From the NCBI GenBank assembly GCA_043228905.1, contig JBHGNT010000009.1:9362001-9426000 (forward strand): a stretch of DNA of 64,000 bases, in the 5' to 3' direction. This document shows, in pieces, positions 1 through 14,412 of this stretch (the stretch's first letter is position 1; every line of letters starts with the position of its first letter). The notes beneath the pieces were generated by a model, which did not search any database, was not told the origin of the DNA, and was given only the letters and a program-made list of their open reading frames with translations. The stretch is from Azolla caroliniana (taxonomy: Eukaryota; Plantae; Polypodiophyta). The translations under genes were made by a program, and so were the position numbers.

Positions 1-3000
1 CCAAATCTATTTAAGAAAAGTTGGTCCAATAAATTTCGAGGATATCTCAACACACAAATCTGTTTTACTTCATAGAAAGAGAACATATGAAATAAATCGC
101 ATTCGAGACCCGGCAACACCAATGACGTGGGTCAACATCGACGCTTTTATATCACCGCTCCCCTCACCTCTACTACAATGATCACTATTTGCTCGTGCAA
201 CAAGACAATTTGTGCATATTTGACTATTGGCTATAAGGGTTAATTGTGAAGCTCTAGATTTTTGAAATGATTCTTAATATTATTATTATTTACTCATGGC
301 CATGTTTTCAATTTGTATGGCTCAATGAGAAACTTTGATTTTCATTGTTTGGTTGGATTGGCTCGAGTCTTCAATCTAGTAGAGAAATTATAGCCTTCAA
401 CCCCACTCTTTCCCCAAATTCTTAGGGAAATGCTTGATTCATATCGCATCCCAATTAGTTTTGATCATCATAATCACAACGTAAGATTCGCAAATTAGAG
501 GGCTTGTACATGGAGTGAAGGCAAAAGTTTCGAATTTTGATTTTAGTTTTTGTATTATTGGAGAAAAGGTAGAGCAAATCTACCTATTGTCATATTAGGG
601 GAGACCTAAAAAAGTAGTATTATGGTCATTGCTATGGATATTTGAGCACAACACATTTTAATTGTATTACTTTCCTGTCATGCTCATCAATAGCCTAGCC
701 TATTGGAAGATTCATGACAATAATAACACAAATCTTCGAACATTTGCATTTCTACTTACTAAATTCATGATTTTTGTCTAATGTAACCAATAAGAAAAGG
801 GGCACCACTAATAGCCCACTAACACAACACATGTGCCACTGGAATTATATAGGCAAATTGATGTGACATGATAATTTCTAGAGTTAGGGTGGAGTTGTCA
901 AAATCCTTGGATAGAGCTGGAATCTGTCCTATTCAAATTGTCCTTCTATGGTGGGATTTTACATGTCTGAACAATCATGTTGTCTGCAATACGTTGTAAA
1001 ATCATATGTTGAAGCATTCAAAACATTTGTAACACCCTTTCACTCAATCTCAAGCCATATTTTGTGGCACAACACGTTTTAACACTCCTAGAACTATCAA
1101 AAATTGGGTTTTATTCTAAATGTATTGAAATATGGCAATTGAAGAGACGTGATAAATTGTGTAGACCCATTTATATATCAGGACTAAAGGAACAAGTTAC
1201 AACCTTTTTTCTCTTTTTCTACCCAAGCTCACCAGGTCATGCTTAGGGATACACTCCATAGAAAAAACATATGGGTTGGAATAGATATCCCTTTTCTTGT
1301 CTTAGTTAGCTTTTTATGTAGATAGAGGGGAGAGCAAATGTTTGAAAATCTCCAGATACAGGCAAGAGTTTACTACTTGCTAGCAATGTGTACTAATGTT
1401 ATGGTTGTGGATGAGGCGAGAATATTTAGTTTTTATCTTCATTGTGTGACATTATTCTTAATTATCACAACATTTTCCCCTCCTCACTTAATAACCTACC
1501 CAAGCATTGTTACAATGACCACAACCACTTTCATCAATTACAACAATTACTTTTATCATTGTTTTTTGTTTTGTCTATTGTTGCTACTTGTTACATGCCA
1601 TAATTTGGTCTATGATGAAGTTGCTATCACTACAAATTTGCTAGTATAGTTGGTGTACTACATACCCTTATCCCTATTAATTATTATGACTAATCCTATT
1701 TTTGGCGTCGCTACATTTATCACCTCTAAAAACTATTTGTCACTGTCACTATTATAGTTGCTAGTTTTCTCGTGGCCATGATTTTCGATGATTAATGTTG
1801 TTGCATTAGTCATTACTACATCTATAATCAACACTTACGATTAGTCATTGCAAGTATTGGTGCTACTCAAGTCTTTGCATGGGTTAAATGGCTAGTTTGT
1901 TATTTCTTCACATGTCTTTGGGGTTTGTTATGCTTCCAACAACAATTTTTATCTCCCTACAACCATAATTGCTTGTAGTACCGATGCTACTTTCATCAGT
2001 TCTTGTACTCGAATCCTATTGTCCCAATTTCCTCTTACTGGAATTCCCCTTTCATACATCTTTTTTTTTTAGTATACTAAGAACATGGACAATTTATTGC
2101 TTTTACTCTAGGCCCGTTTTATAATAGAAACCATTTCTCTTATACATTAGAAAGCCACTTCTCTTACACCTTTTCCTAAAAGCCCAATTCTCATCTACAC
2201 TAGACCAAAAACCAATGAGTCTTTCTACCTCAGTTGTTTAGTCCTTTGTTAGTCAGAGTCATGTGTAAGTGAGTTTCGATACTCTCTTGTCTCTTTTTCT
2301 AAATAGTGTTGGGAAAATGAAGACAACGTTCATCACACTTTCTACTGCAACTCGTGGATTGACACATACACAAATTTCAAGAAATATTCCCTTTTATTTA
2401 TTTTAGAACCTATGCATTTTGTAGTTTTTCAAGGAGGGAGGGAGAGAGAGAGAGTCAAATCTTGTAGTGGTGTAATATGATCCTTGATATAGATATCTTC
2501 TTTTTTCCACCTAAATAATAAGGGTAGACCTAAATGATAGAATGAATTGCAACTTCTCGTTCATATTATAATAAGGAAATCTTAAAAAAGCATGCAAATG
2601 TGACGTTTTACTAATCTTAGCACCAATCTACATCATTCATTCTATAATATAATCTTGTTGTTTATGCTCCAAAATAACTTGTCCAAGTTATTTTCTAATA
2701 TAATCTTCTTCTTCTTGTTAATATAATCTTGTTATTGTTCGTCCGTAACAAATGTCTAAAATGTAAAGGCTTCAAACATGTCTCTAAGAGGATGGAGAAA
2801 GAATACACTTCTAACCTACTAATCAGATTTAGTACAAAGAGTGATGTAAATAAGGGCCTTGTCATAAGCCTTGAGCAAAGAAAAGGCACTAAAGAGTCAT
2901 GGCATGATGAAACATGCTATCGTCATTTGACATTGAGCTATCATCAGTCATTTATGCACCTTTTTTCTAGTATTTATTGCGATTGGAGTTGATAGAGTTG

Positions 3001-4628
3001 TGTTTCAACATAAAAAGCACGAAAGAAGAAGTGCAATTTAAGAAAATAAGCGTGCAATATATATATTGCAAGTGTGAACTTTGACTTTTGCTGCATAATC
3101 TCATAGAAGTGTGTACAATCGAGACAAATGCTACATTATAAACTTGAACATTGACTTTAGACAATAAAATGCCCTCGGGCCCAAATCGAAGATCTCAAGA
3201 AATCTTCACTTAAGATTCTTGATTTTGTGTTCTTCCTCGGTGAGGCTGTATTTAATCCTTATGGAGGACCTTTCTAATTATCTCTAAAAAGACGATAAGA
3301 ATTTATTATAGACGAGTCTAGGCAGTGAGCAATCCAACTTTTAAAACATCGAGAACCAACGACCGGTCCATCCTTTATAGAAAGGTTTACGTGTTTTCGT
3401 TCCACTTTTAAAAGCTCAATTTTATTAATGAAGAAACGACATTCCTCTGCTCTTGAACTAATGAGCGAGGAGGGGACTTTGCACCACATTTAATGAGGGG
3501 ATCCACATGGGTAGATAGAATAATTCACACAAACTCATTACTCGACATAATTATCCAATGTAAATAAGGCCCCACAAGCACCTACCTTTTGGATCCTTTC
3601 TAGACGTCAAACTTAAGACAACTATCAAACTTGTGACTTTCAACTCATGAGTAACTACAAGGCCCACTAAAAAATACTTTTTGTGGTGTGGGTGTCTCTC
3701 ATAAGAAAACTTTTGATTCTCTTTGGATGTATGAACCAATACTATATAATCCTTCATTTAGTTCATGTACCTCTTGATTGAATTTCGCAGCCAAACCTCT
3801 TTATGAGGCCGGCCACGCTTTTGGTAGATGGAGTGAATTGTGAAACTGGACACGACGTTTTATGTCGTTTAGGAAACTTGGGTATTTATTTATCACGTTG
3901 CTAAGGTTGAATATGTGAGATAAAGAGATAAGAGAGTAGCTTCTTCCTTGGAATAGAAGAAAAAAAAAGTACCACATTAAATCTTTGCAAAAAGTCACCC
4001 CAATATGAGTGATGACCTCGTGTTTATACGTAATAGTTTTTTTTTTAAATAGTCCAAATTTACGTGAGCATTTTTGAAATGTTTGCATTGGTAAGTTATA
4101 AAATACAAAAAATTACTACACCCTCATAAAATAAGATTGTAATATTGACACTAACGTAAATTATTTGTAAGGAATAGAAGTATGATTATAATTATAATTG
4201 ATTTATGATTTATTCATATCACTATCTCTTTGATCAACAAATTATGAACGTCATTAGCAAATACAATTAGCCTTAACCATTATTAATTATTCAAGACACT
4301 AGTATTTGAACTAACTGTATCTTATTGAAATTGAACTTGTAACGATCTTAGTCCTTGTATGGAGTCGAGCAATGGGTTGCCTAAACCATGCACACTTCGT
4401 TAATTTCTTGGCCTAGATGCTGGATTGTATGAGGTAAATGGTATAATACATTATGTAACTTCTAGGGTTGTGGCATGACAACTTTGTAACTTGGACCAAT
4501 TCAACATGACTCATACTCTTCTCCTAACAATCTCGTATTTTTATACTTCCAAAGTCTTAGCTTTATTCCTATGTTTCACACATGGGGCTATATGTTGACC
4601 CTTAAGCCTTTGTACAAATGCACGATAA

Positions 4629-5040
4629 TCATGTTTGGATTACTAGTGTTGTCATGTTATTCTTCCCTTGCAAATTTTTTTTGTCTTTGAAGAAAAATTT
4701 GGGAAATCTTTTAGGAAGTGTAGTTTTGTCTTCCCAGGTATCTACTAGCTTGGCAACATCCTCCCACTTGACTAGGAATTTCTTAGGAACGCTTTGACAT
4801 GATAGTTTTTCATGCGAATCTATAATATGTTTTGGCTTGTAACGTAACATATGGATGAGACTTGGAACATATTTGGTGCACCTAATACATCATAACCAAG
4901 AGAATAGACAACCATTGGTTCAAAATCACCCATATTTTAATCATCTTTAAAGGGCTAACATGAAACAAGATACAAAGGTAAATCCAACTAGCATGCCATT
5001 CTCCAGCTTCATTTTAATAAGGCACTCCCAACTTAACCCT
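4629..5040 (-). pseudogene. Decayed Ty3/Gypsy chromovirus integrase C-terminus and chromodomain remnant
   Basis: ORF 4629-4850 (PKHIIDSHEK...FLVKWEDVAKLVDTWE...RFPKF) resembles a chromodomain. An FHVSPLK-like integrase motif lies at about 4945-4970, and a purine tract follows the ORF end. Confidence 0.6.
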
Positions 5041-6192
5041 AACCTTCGAGATTAGGTGCAAGGTATAAACCATTTATGTTGACATGTATATCCAATAAAT
5101 ATAAATAAATAGAAGTTAATGGTTACAAATATACAAATACTAAGGATCAAATGAAGGGAATTTAGTTGCTAGTACTTTAACCAATATGTGGTTGACAACC
5201 AAGGTCGTGTTATTAACACCTGGATTGATATCTTAAACTGTGGTAACCAACCTCAACCAAGAGGAAGAAACCTACAATGCCATAGTTTCTCACGGTTAGA
5301 TCCACGCCCATAAGAGATATTATAATATTTTAATCCAAATTACGAAGTAAATATATAGAGATTCTTATAAGTATTTAGAAAGTTAATACATAGTAATTAT
5401 ATTTGTAATAAACTATCATAAAACTTTGCTTTGGGTGACCACAATGGATGTAAAAGGTGTTAAACTTAGAAATTAAGTGTAAAATGTTAACAATCCATTT
5501 TAATAATCGACTAACTATACAATTTGATGTAAATATTTGATAAATATAATGGCTATTTGTGAAAACCTTCCTCTTTATTTTCATAGATTTAAGAATACTA
5601 TTAAGTCTTTAAAAGATTGTTAGAATGCAAACTATCCCTATGGTCCCCGTCACCCACTCTACCGATGTGTATTGATCATGGGCAAACAATCATCATAATT
5701 ACCCTCCACATATCAACGGGTATGGGAGCTTGGATGTCATCATCAATAGCAATGGTGGTGTGAAGAGAGAAAAGCACCAAAATGTTAAGTTTAAGATAAG
5801 CAAGGATTTTGGTTGAAGATTTAGATGGAATGAATTATTACATATGAAATTTAACTTAACAACAAAGCATAACAAAAATTGTATAAGCTAGCCACAAGAG
5901 TAGTAAGGCTAACGGTTTAAACAACACTAGAAGTGGCAAAGAAGAAAAAATGAGCTACGATGTGTTAGTGTGCGGTATATAAAAGCATTTTCACAAACAT
6001 TTTTCTAGCTCTAAGAGTCCATATGAGCATAAGACCCCCCCTCCCATAATCTCTCATTTCAATCTCTTTCACCCTTTTTGCATATATGAGCATAAGACAA
6101 AGTGCTAGCAAAACAACAATTGGAGTGAGGAACTATTAGGACGACCAATTCTCCATCCTGGTCACAAACAAAGTCATAAGAGCTAAAGTCAT

Positions 6193-6515
6193 TGTGTGAG
6201 GAACGCTGCGTGTGTTTTAGCCGGTTGATCGTTGGTGTCTTGTCTTAATGTAAGGAAGCAAATAAGATCTCGTATTTGGATCAAGCAAAGCAGCAAGGTG
6301 TAGCAAGTGAGGAGGAATCAGATTTTGTATCCAACTCTGATATTGAACAAGAAGATGATGGTTGCACAGGGAGAGAGAGAGATTGCTCAAGAGACACAAC
6401 TTTACATTAACCACAGAACTCTTTTACAGTTCAGTTAGGATAACTTAGCCTAACTGTGAGGACATGTTCACAATAGAGTTACAATACTGGGTGGAGTGGG
6501 ACCTTTATCCCAACA
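6193..6515 (-). repeat. Probable 3' LTR of Copia X
   Basis: On the minus strand it begins TGTTGGGA directly after purine tract GGGAGAG (6518-6524) and ends ...CCTCACACA. The left boundary is uncertain because no partner LTR is in the window. Confidence 0.5.
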
Positions 6516-6838
6516 AACTCTCCCTGTAAAAGGACCACTCTGTTGTACATACAATGCAATGGGGTTATCTCTCCCCTAAGATTAAATTACAAGCCTATCT
6601 GCTGGTAGCTGAATTGGTAGAAGTATAGTCTGATTTAATCGACCAACTAGTTGTCATTTCGGCTAATATCCGAATTGGTTAGCGGCTGGTTCGGTTTTTG
6701 GCCTCTGGGCCGTTGGCTCTTTGCGTATGCTAGTCCTCTTTCTCTCCGATGGATTGACGATCGACTTCCAGTTCTTGTCGTCTTTCGTTCGTCCTTTGTC
6801 CTGTCGGCTTCCTTGTACTAAGCTATGTCTGCAACCTT

Positions 6839-7899
6839 TCAACAGTTCGGCTCATTCGACTTAGCCATTTCGGCTTGTCGGGTCGTGCCGTTTCTTGACT
6901 TACCTTCTGCTTCTTCATTTTTGGCTCCGTTTCGCTTGCTTGCTTGTTGTAGTCCCATCTGTCCTCTTAGTGTGCCGAAGCGTTGATATGGGAGTGGCTT
7001 CGTAAGGTTGTCAACGATGTTCACCTTGTCGATATCCACTTTCTGGACTTTGAGCTTCTTGTCGGTGACGAGCTCTAGGATATGGTGGTTCCTCAACTCA
7101 ATATACTTTGTCTTACCATGGTATACCAAATTCTAGATGAGGTGTATTGTGCTCTAAGAGTCGCAATGTAGGGTAAGCGCTGAATGATCGATTTGGCTCT
7201 TGGCCGAAAAAATCAGCTGATGTGTAGGGTACATAAGACTTCCTACGGCCGATGTGTAGGGTATCTACTCATGAGCTTTCTCTCATCTTTTGTGGATGGA
7301 GAGTCTCTGTCCGATAGTCAATGCGACGTCGGAAGCAATGTTGGTGCCAGCTTCACCGATAGACCCATTTGCAAGGTAGCGGCTTCCTTCCGAATGGTAG
7401 TTTGACCAATTCCCATGTATCTTTTGCTCTGATTGAGTCTATCTTGGATCTCATGGCGTGTAGCCATGTGTTGGCATCTGACACGACTATTGCTTCCTCG
7501 TAGAAGCTAGGTTCGCCTGCGTCCGGGTAGTGGACGTAGTCCAGGCTTGGCATATAGAGCTTGGTTGGCCTTCGGACTCGTTCAGATCTCCTTGGCACCG
7601 ATATGGTTGATTTGGATTCTCCAATCGGCTTGTTCGGCCGATTGGCATGCTTTGAACTGTTGTTGTAAGGATTCTGTTGAGATGATCAACTTTGGCAAAT
7701 GTCATGCGTTGTTGTTAGATCATCCTCTTATTCGGGAGTGATTGGCCATGTTATTGGACCTTTTGTCGATTTGGATTCGACAAGGGGTTTGTTGGTCGAT
7801 TTGGCTTCGGCATTTTGTTGAATTTCCAATTTGGATTGAATAATAGGCTCTTCGTCATCCAATTCTTTTTCAAAAAGATTGAATGTGACTCTTTTGTTG
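6839..7899 (-). pseudogene. pol: Copia X pol remnant: integrase tail, RT N-terminus, RNase H C-terminus; most of RT deleted
   Basis: EPSFYEEA...DTWELVKLPFGRKPLPCKWVYR and YHGKTKYIELRNHHI...NIVDNLTKPL are only about 220 bp apart. Confidence 0.8.
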
Positions 7900-7904
7900 A
7901 TTTT

Positions 7905-8203
7905 TGTTACACTTACGTGTTCCTCGAGTAGCTTTGATGTGAACCATTTTTCCATATACATGGGCACTTTTTACTCTAGTGCTGGCTAGAGGTTTTTTCC
8001 CCATGTTACCACATACATGAGTCACTCATATGTGGTGGCACTTAGTACTTAGGGATATATATTTCAGCTCCTATTAGTTTTTGTATCATTCATCAATAGA
8101 GAGAGCTATTCTAGCCATTGTCTTCCTTGTGTGAGTGCTTCTTTGTTTGAGCTTCTTGTGTGTTCCTCTTGTGTGTTTCTCACTCTTCCTCACACACCCA
8201 ACA
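7905..8203 (+). repeat. Copia A 5' LTR
   Basis: Direct repeat of 24826-25130 (about 6 substitutions and 2 small indels by eye). Confidence 0.95.
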
Positions 8204-8204
8204 G

Positions 8205-8217
8205 TGGTACCAGAGCC
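8205..8217 (+). promoter_or_regulatory. Primer binding site (tRNA-iMet type, one mismatch)
   Basis: TGGTACCAGAGCC immediately after the LTR, versus canonical TGGTATCAGAGC. Confidence 0.85.
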
Positions 8218-8475
8218 AAGTTCTTCATCCTCTCCATCTTCGGTTGTCCGCGTTGCGGCATCATGGCGTGCACGCACTTTTTACTGTGCAAATCAACTTC
8301 CGAATATAGAGAAGTGTATTTCAGCACTTGGAGCTCATTTTCAGCAGGTACCCTGCTGTTTTACCCCCATTTCGAAGCCATTCGTGTAGTCAAAATTGCC
8401 ATCAGCGTGATAGTTTGTGAGCTGCATTTTCAGCACGCATTTCAGATTTTGTTGAGGTAAGATTTTGCCACTTTC

Positions 8476-11287
8476 TTGTTCTTTGGTAAAAGGGCAAACA
8501 ACTGTGACTTGTTTGGCATGCTTCAAACTGAATATAAGCTTGATGGGACTAACTATCCAATGTGGTCCTACATGATGAAACATGTTCTTGTTGCCAAACA
8601 ACTATGGAACATAGTGGTAGATGTAGATCGGCGCCCCACCGGTCCTACTACTTCACAGTCTACTGTCAGAGATATAGGTTCATCTTCAAGCACAATGACT
8701 TCATCTATGCCACCCACACAAGAGCAACTTAGATGGGATGGAAAAGATGCTCAAGCTCATGCATTGATTGCACTTTCTGTGAAGCGTCATATAGTTCCAC
8801 ATATTCGGTCATTCTCTACATCCAAACAAGCATGGGACACTCTTGCTTCGTTGTATGCCGTGTGTAATGAAGCACGTGTTGCATATTTGAGAAAGCAACT
8901 TGAGGATGTATATATGGCTGAAAATGAGTTGGTAGATGTGTATGTGACACGCATCAAAGATTTGAAAGAGCAATTGGCAAACATTGATGAAATCATTTCG
9001 AATACATCACTTGTCTCTACGTTGTTGAAAGGATTACCCGAATCTTTTCAAAGCTTTGCTACTACTATTTGTTTGGTTGCAAAAGGGAATACCGATATGT
9101 ATGCATTTGATGAGGTTGTGTCTCTTCTTTTGCAAGAAGAACAATCTAGAGTGAATAGAAGTAGTTTGATAGAGGGAACACAAGCACTTGCTATCTCACA
9201 AAAAGGAAAAAGCAAGCATGGTTCAGCTTTTGGTTCTTCAAAACCAAAGCCTCAACCTCCCTCTTTCACTTATTCCTCTGATGATGGTGATTTGCAAAAG
9301 AAGAAGAGATGCAAATATTGTCGAAAGGTTGGCCATACGATTGAAGAGTGTAGAAAGCTTGTTAAGCGCAATGAGAAGAAGGAATCCGGCATTGATCATT
9401 TCTGAAAATGTTTCAAGTGCAAAGAGTGATGAGGCCAACATGGCCCAAGATTATTGGGCATGTGTTGTTACATATCATTATGATGCATCATTGCACTCTA
9501 AATGTATGGTTGTAAGTCAGATTGATTCGGATTGGTTCTTTGATAATGGTGCTTCAAAGCACATTACTTCATGCAAAAGTTTCTTTGCATCCTTGAAAGA
9601 TGCACCCAAAGGTGGACATGTGGTGTGTGCAAACAATGCCGCTTATCCTATCATTGGAGTAAGAGAAATTGAGCTTTCGGCTGCAAATGGAGATGTTGTC
9701 ATCTTAAAGAATGTATTGTATGTGCCCGGTATCAAGAAGAACTTAATTTCGGTTCCTTTGATTGCCAAAGCCGGACTTCATGTACATTTTGTTGATGATA
9801 AGTGCATGAGTCACGATTATAGCAATGGCGATGTTATCGTGATGTCTGATACATTATGCAATGGGTTGTACCGTTTGGATACATACAAGAGGGCCTCTCT
9901 AAATGCCTTGGCTGTCCATACTTCTTCCATGGCTGAAATGGAGCTTTGGCATGCTCGTTTTGGTCACTTGAACTTCAATAGTTTGCTTCGCTTGCAAAAG
10001 AAGGATATGGTTATTGGGTTGCCTACACTTGAGTCCATTGAAAAACATGCATGTGAAGGTTGAATTCTTGGAAAAATGCATCGTGCTTCTTTTTCAAAAG
10101 ATAGTCATACACACACTACAAGAAAATTACAACTTGTTCATAGTGATGTGTGTGGTCCTGTAAAGACTCCATCTTTTGGAAAGCATGTATATTTTGTTAC
10201 CTTCATTGATGATGCTACTCGTCATACTTGGGTGTATCCTATGAAAGCAAAGAATGAAGTTTTTTCTTGCTTCAAATCATTTTTAGCTATGGTTGAAATT
10301 TTTTCCGCAAATAAGCTTTTGACTCTACGCACGGATCGTGGTAGCGAATATATGTCACATGAGTTTAATGCTTTTCTTTGTGAAAGAGGTATTTTACATC
10401 AATGTACGGTGCCATATACACCTCAACAAAATAGTGTTGCAGAGCGCAAAAATAGAACACTCTTAGAGATGGCACGATGTATGGTTAAAGGAAAGCATCT
10501 TCCTAACAAGTTTTGGATGGAAGCGGTTATGTGTGCAAATTATGTGTTGAATTGTTGCCCTACAAAAGCATTGAGAGTGATTACGGCATATGAGGCTTGG
10601 AATGGACATAAACCTATGGTTAGTCATATGCGTGTGTTTGGTTGTTTGACATATGCTCTTGTGCCATCACAACAATGTCACAAACTTGATGACAAGGCAA
10701 AGAAATGCATATTTGTTGGTTATAGTGCTGAAAGTAAGGGATATCGTTTGTATCATCCATTGACGGACACAATTATTGTGAGTCGAGATGTGGTATTTGC
10801 TGAAAATTCAGCTTTCCCTTTTCTTGAATGCAAAAAACACCCAACAGTTAACTCACAAGATGTGTTTGATACACTCATGCCTTTGTTCCAAAGTGGTGCG
10901 CTTGACCATGGACATTTAGACCAGCCAAGTGAGTTTCAAAGGGATGAAAATTTCCAGCAAATAAGTGTTGAAAATGCACGAAATGTCCAACCAAATATGG
11001 CTGAACATTTGCAACAAAATGTGGCTGAAAATGAGCATGAAATTCAGCCCACGCATGATGTACATATTGAAGATGTATTACATAATGAACGTATGGCTAT
11101 TGAGAGGTCACAAACTATGTCGAGGTGGCTGAAACAAACTTTGCGAGATAGCAAATTGAGTGCACCTTTACTTGGTAAAACAAGATCAAGCTCTCGCCAT
11201 GCATCAAGTAATTTTGTGCATTATTCTATTGTTGCAATAGCATGTAATGAGGAGCCACTTACTTTTGAAGATGCATGTGATGATCCT
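8476..11287 (+). pseudogene. gag-pol: Copia A gag-protease-integrase (frameshift about 9390, stop about 10061)
   Basis: KLDGTNYPMWS and UBN2-like gag, CKYCRKVGHTIEEC knuckle, WFFDNGAS protease, WHARFGH, LVHSDVCGP...TDRG...AERKNR integrase. Confidence 0.9.
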
Positions 11288-11661
11288 TGTAGAAAGTAGC
11301 GTGCAAAAGCAAGTATAAAGACAAAACAGAAGGGAGAACACTCAGGTTTAATGGAGAGCTTGAGCTTACACAATATATGCGAGAGAGACCGAGAGAGATG
11401 GAGAGAAGACACCAAGGGAACAACATATATTGAAAGACAAAAAACTATACATATATGTGTTCAATGAACACTTTGTACAAGCCCTAGAAGGACTGATTGG
11501 AGTGCTGACAGTACTTCAATGTTCATTAAGAGCTCCTACACTAACTCCCAAATATATTCCTCACGGAATATCTTTCCTAACGGCCTAACCGATCGGTCCC
11601 AGCCGATCCGGTCCTCGGCTTCTTCAGCCGATCCGGCCGATGTTGAGCTTGTCTCTCAACA
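11288..11661 (-). repeat. Copia B 3' LTR (374 bp)
   Basis: Matches 22960-23278 with about 5 substitutions; TG..CA ends. Confidence 0.95.
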
Positions 11662-11757
11662 CTCCCCCTCAAGCTCAACTTGAGGCTCTTCGGGATCTTC
11701 GGGCTCACAACTCTGGTTCCTCCTGGCTTCACGCCTCGCTCGCGCTCCTCGACCTGT

Positions 11758-14412
11758 TCAACTCCGCGCGCGTCGATCCTTCCGATCGGCTTGTCTTCTC
11801 ATGTGGCCCTCATCAGCTCTTCTGTTGTTGCGGTGTTGACGCTTCTTCTGCTGCCTTTTCTTCCGCTTGGGCCTCGGTTGATTCAGCGTATCTGAATCAA
11901 ACATCCAAACCGACTCGGCTACCTCCGATCGGTTTTCGCTCTCGTCCGAGTTGGCTGTCTCCAACTCGTCTTCGGTCTTCTCGCCCTCGATTGCGTGGTC
12001 TCCCCTATGCGTGGTTGGCTTTGACTCTCTCCTTCGGCTGCTCCCCTTCTGTCCGCTTTCGGACTTTTCCGTGGGTCCGCCCTCGGCTTCTTCAGCCGAT
12101 CCAAAGTCGAACTCGACAACTGAGTCAGCTGACTCGGTGTCGCGCCCTCCGCTCCTTTCCTGCTGCTTTGCTTGGTCGTTCGGGACTGTTCTCCCCCTCA
12201 AGCTCGGCACATCGAAGTGACGCAACCCAAGCGCACCTAAGAATTGCCACAACTTGTCCAGACCAAGAGGCTTTGTGAAGATGTCGGCAGTCTGCTGATC
12301 CGTCGGCACGTACTGAAGTTCGACTTCACCGGAAAGGACACGCTCACGGACGAAATGGTAATGAACCTCAATGTGCTTGGTCCGTGCGTAGAAAATGGGG
12401 TTCTTCGCGAGCTGGATGCTGCTGAGGTTGTCGCAGTAGATCGTCGTCGGATTTGACACCTCCACCTGCAGGTCCTTAAGTAGCCGCTTCAACCATATGG
12501 CTTCGCATGTCGCGACAGCCGCTCCTCGGTACTCAGCTTCGGTGCTCGACAGTGCAACTGTCGGCTGCTTCTTACTGCTCCACGCGATCGCGGCACTCCC
12601 GAGGGAGAATGCATATCCGGACGTGTATCGGCGATCGGCGGCGTTGCCAGCCCAATCAGCATCGGTGTAGCCGACTAACTGCGCGGCTGCACTGGTCCGA
12701 TATAGCAGTCCCTGGTCCTTAGTGCCGTTGACATACTGAAGTATGCGTTGCGCACACTGAAGGTGCTCCTCGGTAGGTCGCGCCATGAACTGACTGATCA
12801 CCCCGACCGGATAACTGAGGTCGGGTCGGGTGATGGTCAAGTATATGAGGCTTCCGACAATTTGTCGGAACCTCGTCGGGTCGCATACCTTTCCCGTATC
12901 GGGACGAAGCTTGATGGTTCTGTCCAGAGGAGTCGAGACGGACTTACAGTCGGCCATCCCGAATTTGAAGAGCATACTCAACACGTAATGACGTTGGCTG
13001 ATCAATATGCCTTCGGGGGTACGGATCACTTTGATCCCGAGGAAGTAATGAAGGTCCCCCAGATCCTTCATGTCGAACGATGCCGCAAGCTGGAGCTTCA
13101 CGCAGTCGATTTCACCTAGGTCGGCGCCGGTGATGACCAAGTCATCAACATATAGTAAAATACTAACCGGTCCGAGTCGACCTTTCCGAATGAACAGGGA
13201 ACAGGGCTTGCTTCAGTCCGTAAAGGGACTTCTTTAGTCGGCATATTGCCGAGGAGTTCGTTCCGGAGTGAAATCCGGGGGGCTGTACCATGTACACCTG
13301 TTCCTCAAGGTCACCTTGCAGGAACGCATTTTTTACATCCATCTGATGTAAGTGCCACCCCTTGGCCGCAGCTATTGCGAGCAAAACACGGACGATCGTC
13401 ATTTTCGCGACTGGCGCAAACGTCTCATCGTAGTCGATGCCGTGTTTCTGCGCGTAGCCCTTTGCCACTAGCCGAGCCTTGTACCGGTTAACGGAGCCAT
13501 CGGTGTTGTACTTGACCTTGTACACCCACCTACACCCGATCGGTTTTACCCCTGTTGGTGCGTCAACCAGGTCCCAGGTCTCGTTCTCCGCCAATGCGTG
13601 CATCTCTTCCTCCATCGCGGCACGCCAATTCATGACTTTAGCCGCTTCTGCGTAGCTCTCCGGCTCACGCACTTCCGCTACACGGGTCATGTACGCATAA
13701 TGATGCGCCATGTACTCGTTGTATCCGAACCGCACAACTGGGTTCTTTTGGCGGGTAGATTGGCGTAATCTCACATTAGCCGATGTTGAGGCCTTCTCGG
13801 TCGACGCGGTCTTCATCTTTAAAGACCTGTCACCGGTTCCCTCAGAGTCGGACTCGCGTCGGTCTGACTCGTTCCTTTCCGTGCCGGAATCCGACACCTT
13901 CTTCTTCCCTTTCTCTTTGCACGTAAGCCGTCTCCTCAGCTTCCTGCACGGGGAATGCACGGCCGAGTCTCCACTACTCGCCGGCTCTTCATCGGACTGG
14001 TCGTACAGACTCAGTCGTCCAATCGGTCCACTTAACCGGAGTGAAATCGGACTCTCTTCGCGGGTCTCGATTTCGGGCTCATCCGGAGGCATCTCGGCCT
14101 CGCTGACCTCATCATCAGAGCTCGGATTGGAGTCGAGGTTCGTAGTCGGGGGCAGGTACCAGGATGCGGACTTGTCAAACACAACGTCGCGACTGACACG
14201 CGCTTGTTTGGTGCGAGGGTTATAGCACTTATAACCCTTCTGCTCGTCCGAGTAACCGACCAAGATGTATTTCTCGGCCTTTGCGTCCAGCTTCCTCCTT
14301 TTCTCCTTCGGTATATGCACATACGCAATGCTACCGAACACCCTCAAGTGTCGCAAGTTCGGCTTCGTTCCGAAATATAGCTCGTGCGCCGACACTTTGT
14401 CTCCGATCCGGT
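11758..14412 (-). pseudogene. pol: Copia B pol: integrase C-terminus, RT (short internal deletion and frameshift about 13200), RNase H plus about 150-aa tail
   Basis: ORFs 13163-14395 ([29 protein letters not shown]) and 11758-13140 (YTDADWAG, STEAEY, RTKHIEVHYHFVRE, ADIFTKPL). Confidence 0.92.

Noticed and set aside
1-4600. Short ORFs and possible host gene or LINE remnants
   Set aside because: No recognisable domain, splice pattern or TSD-bounded structure. Probably old TE debris, but not assignable by eye.
11640-14225. Long plus-strand ORFs (11640-12278, 13710-14225)
   Set aside because: Antisense shadows of GC-rich Copia B pol.
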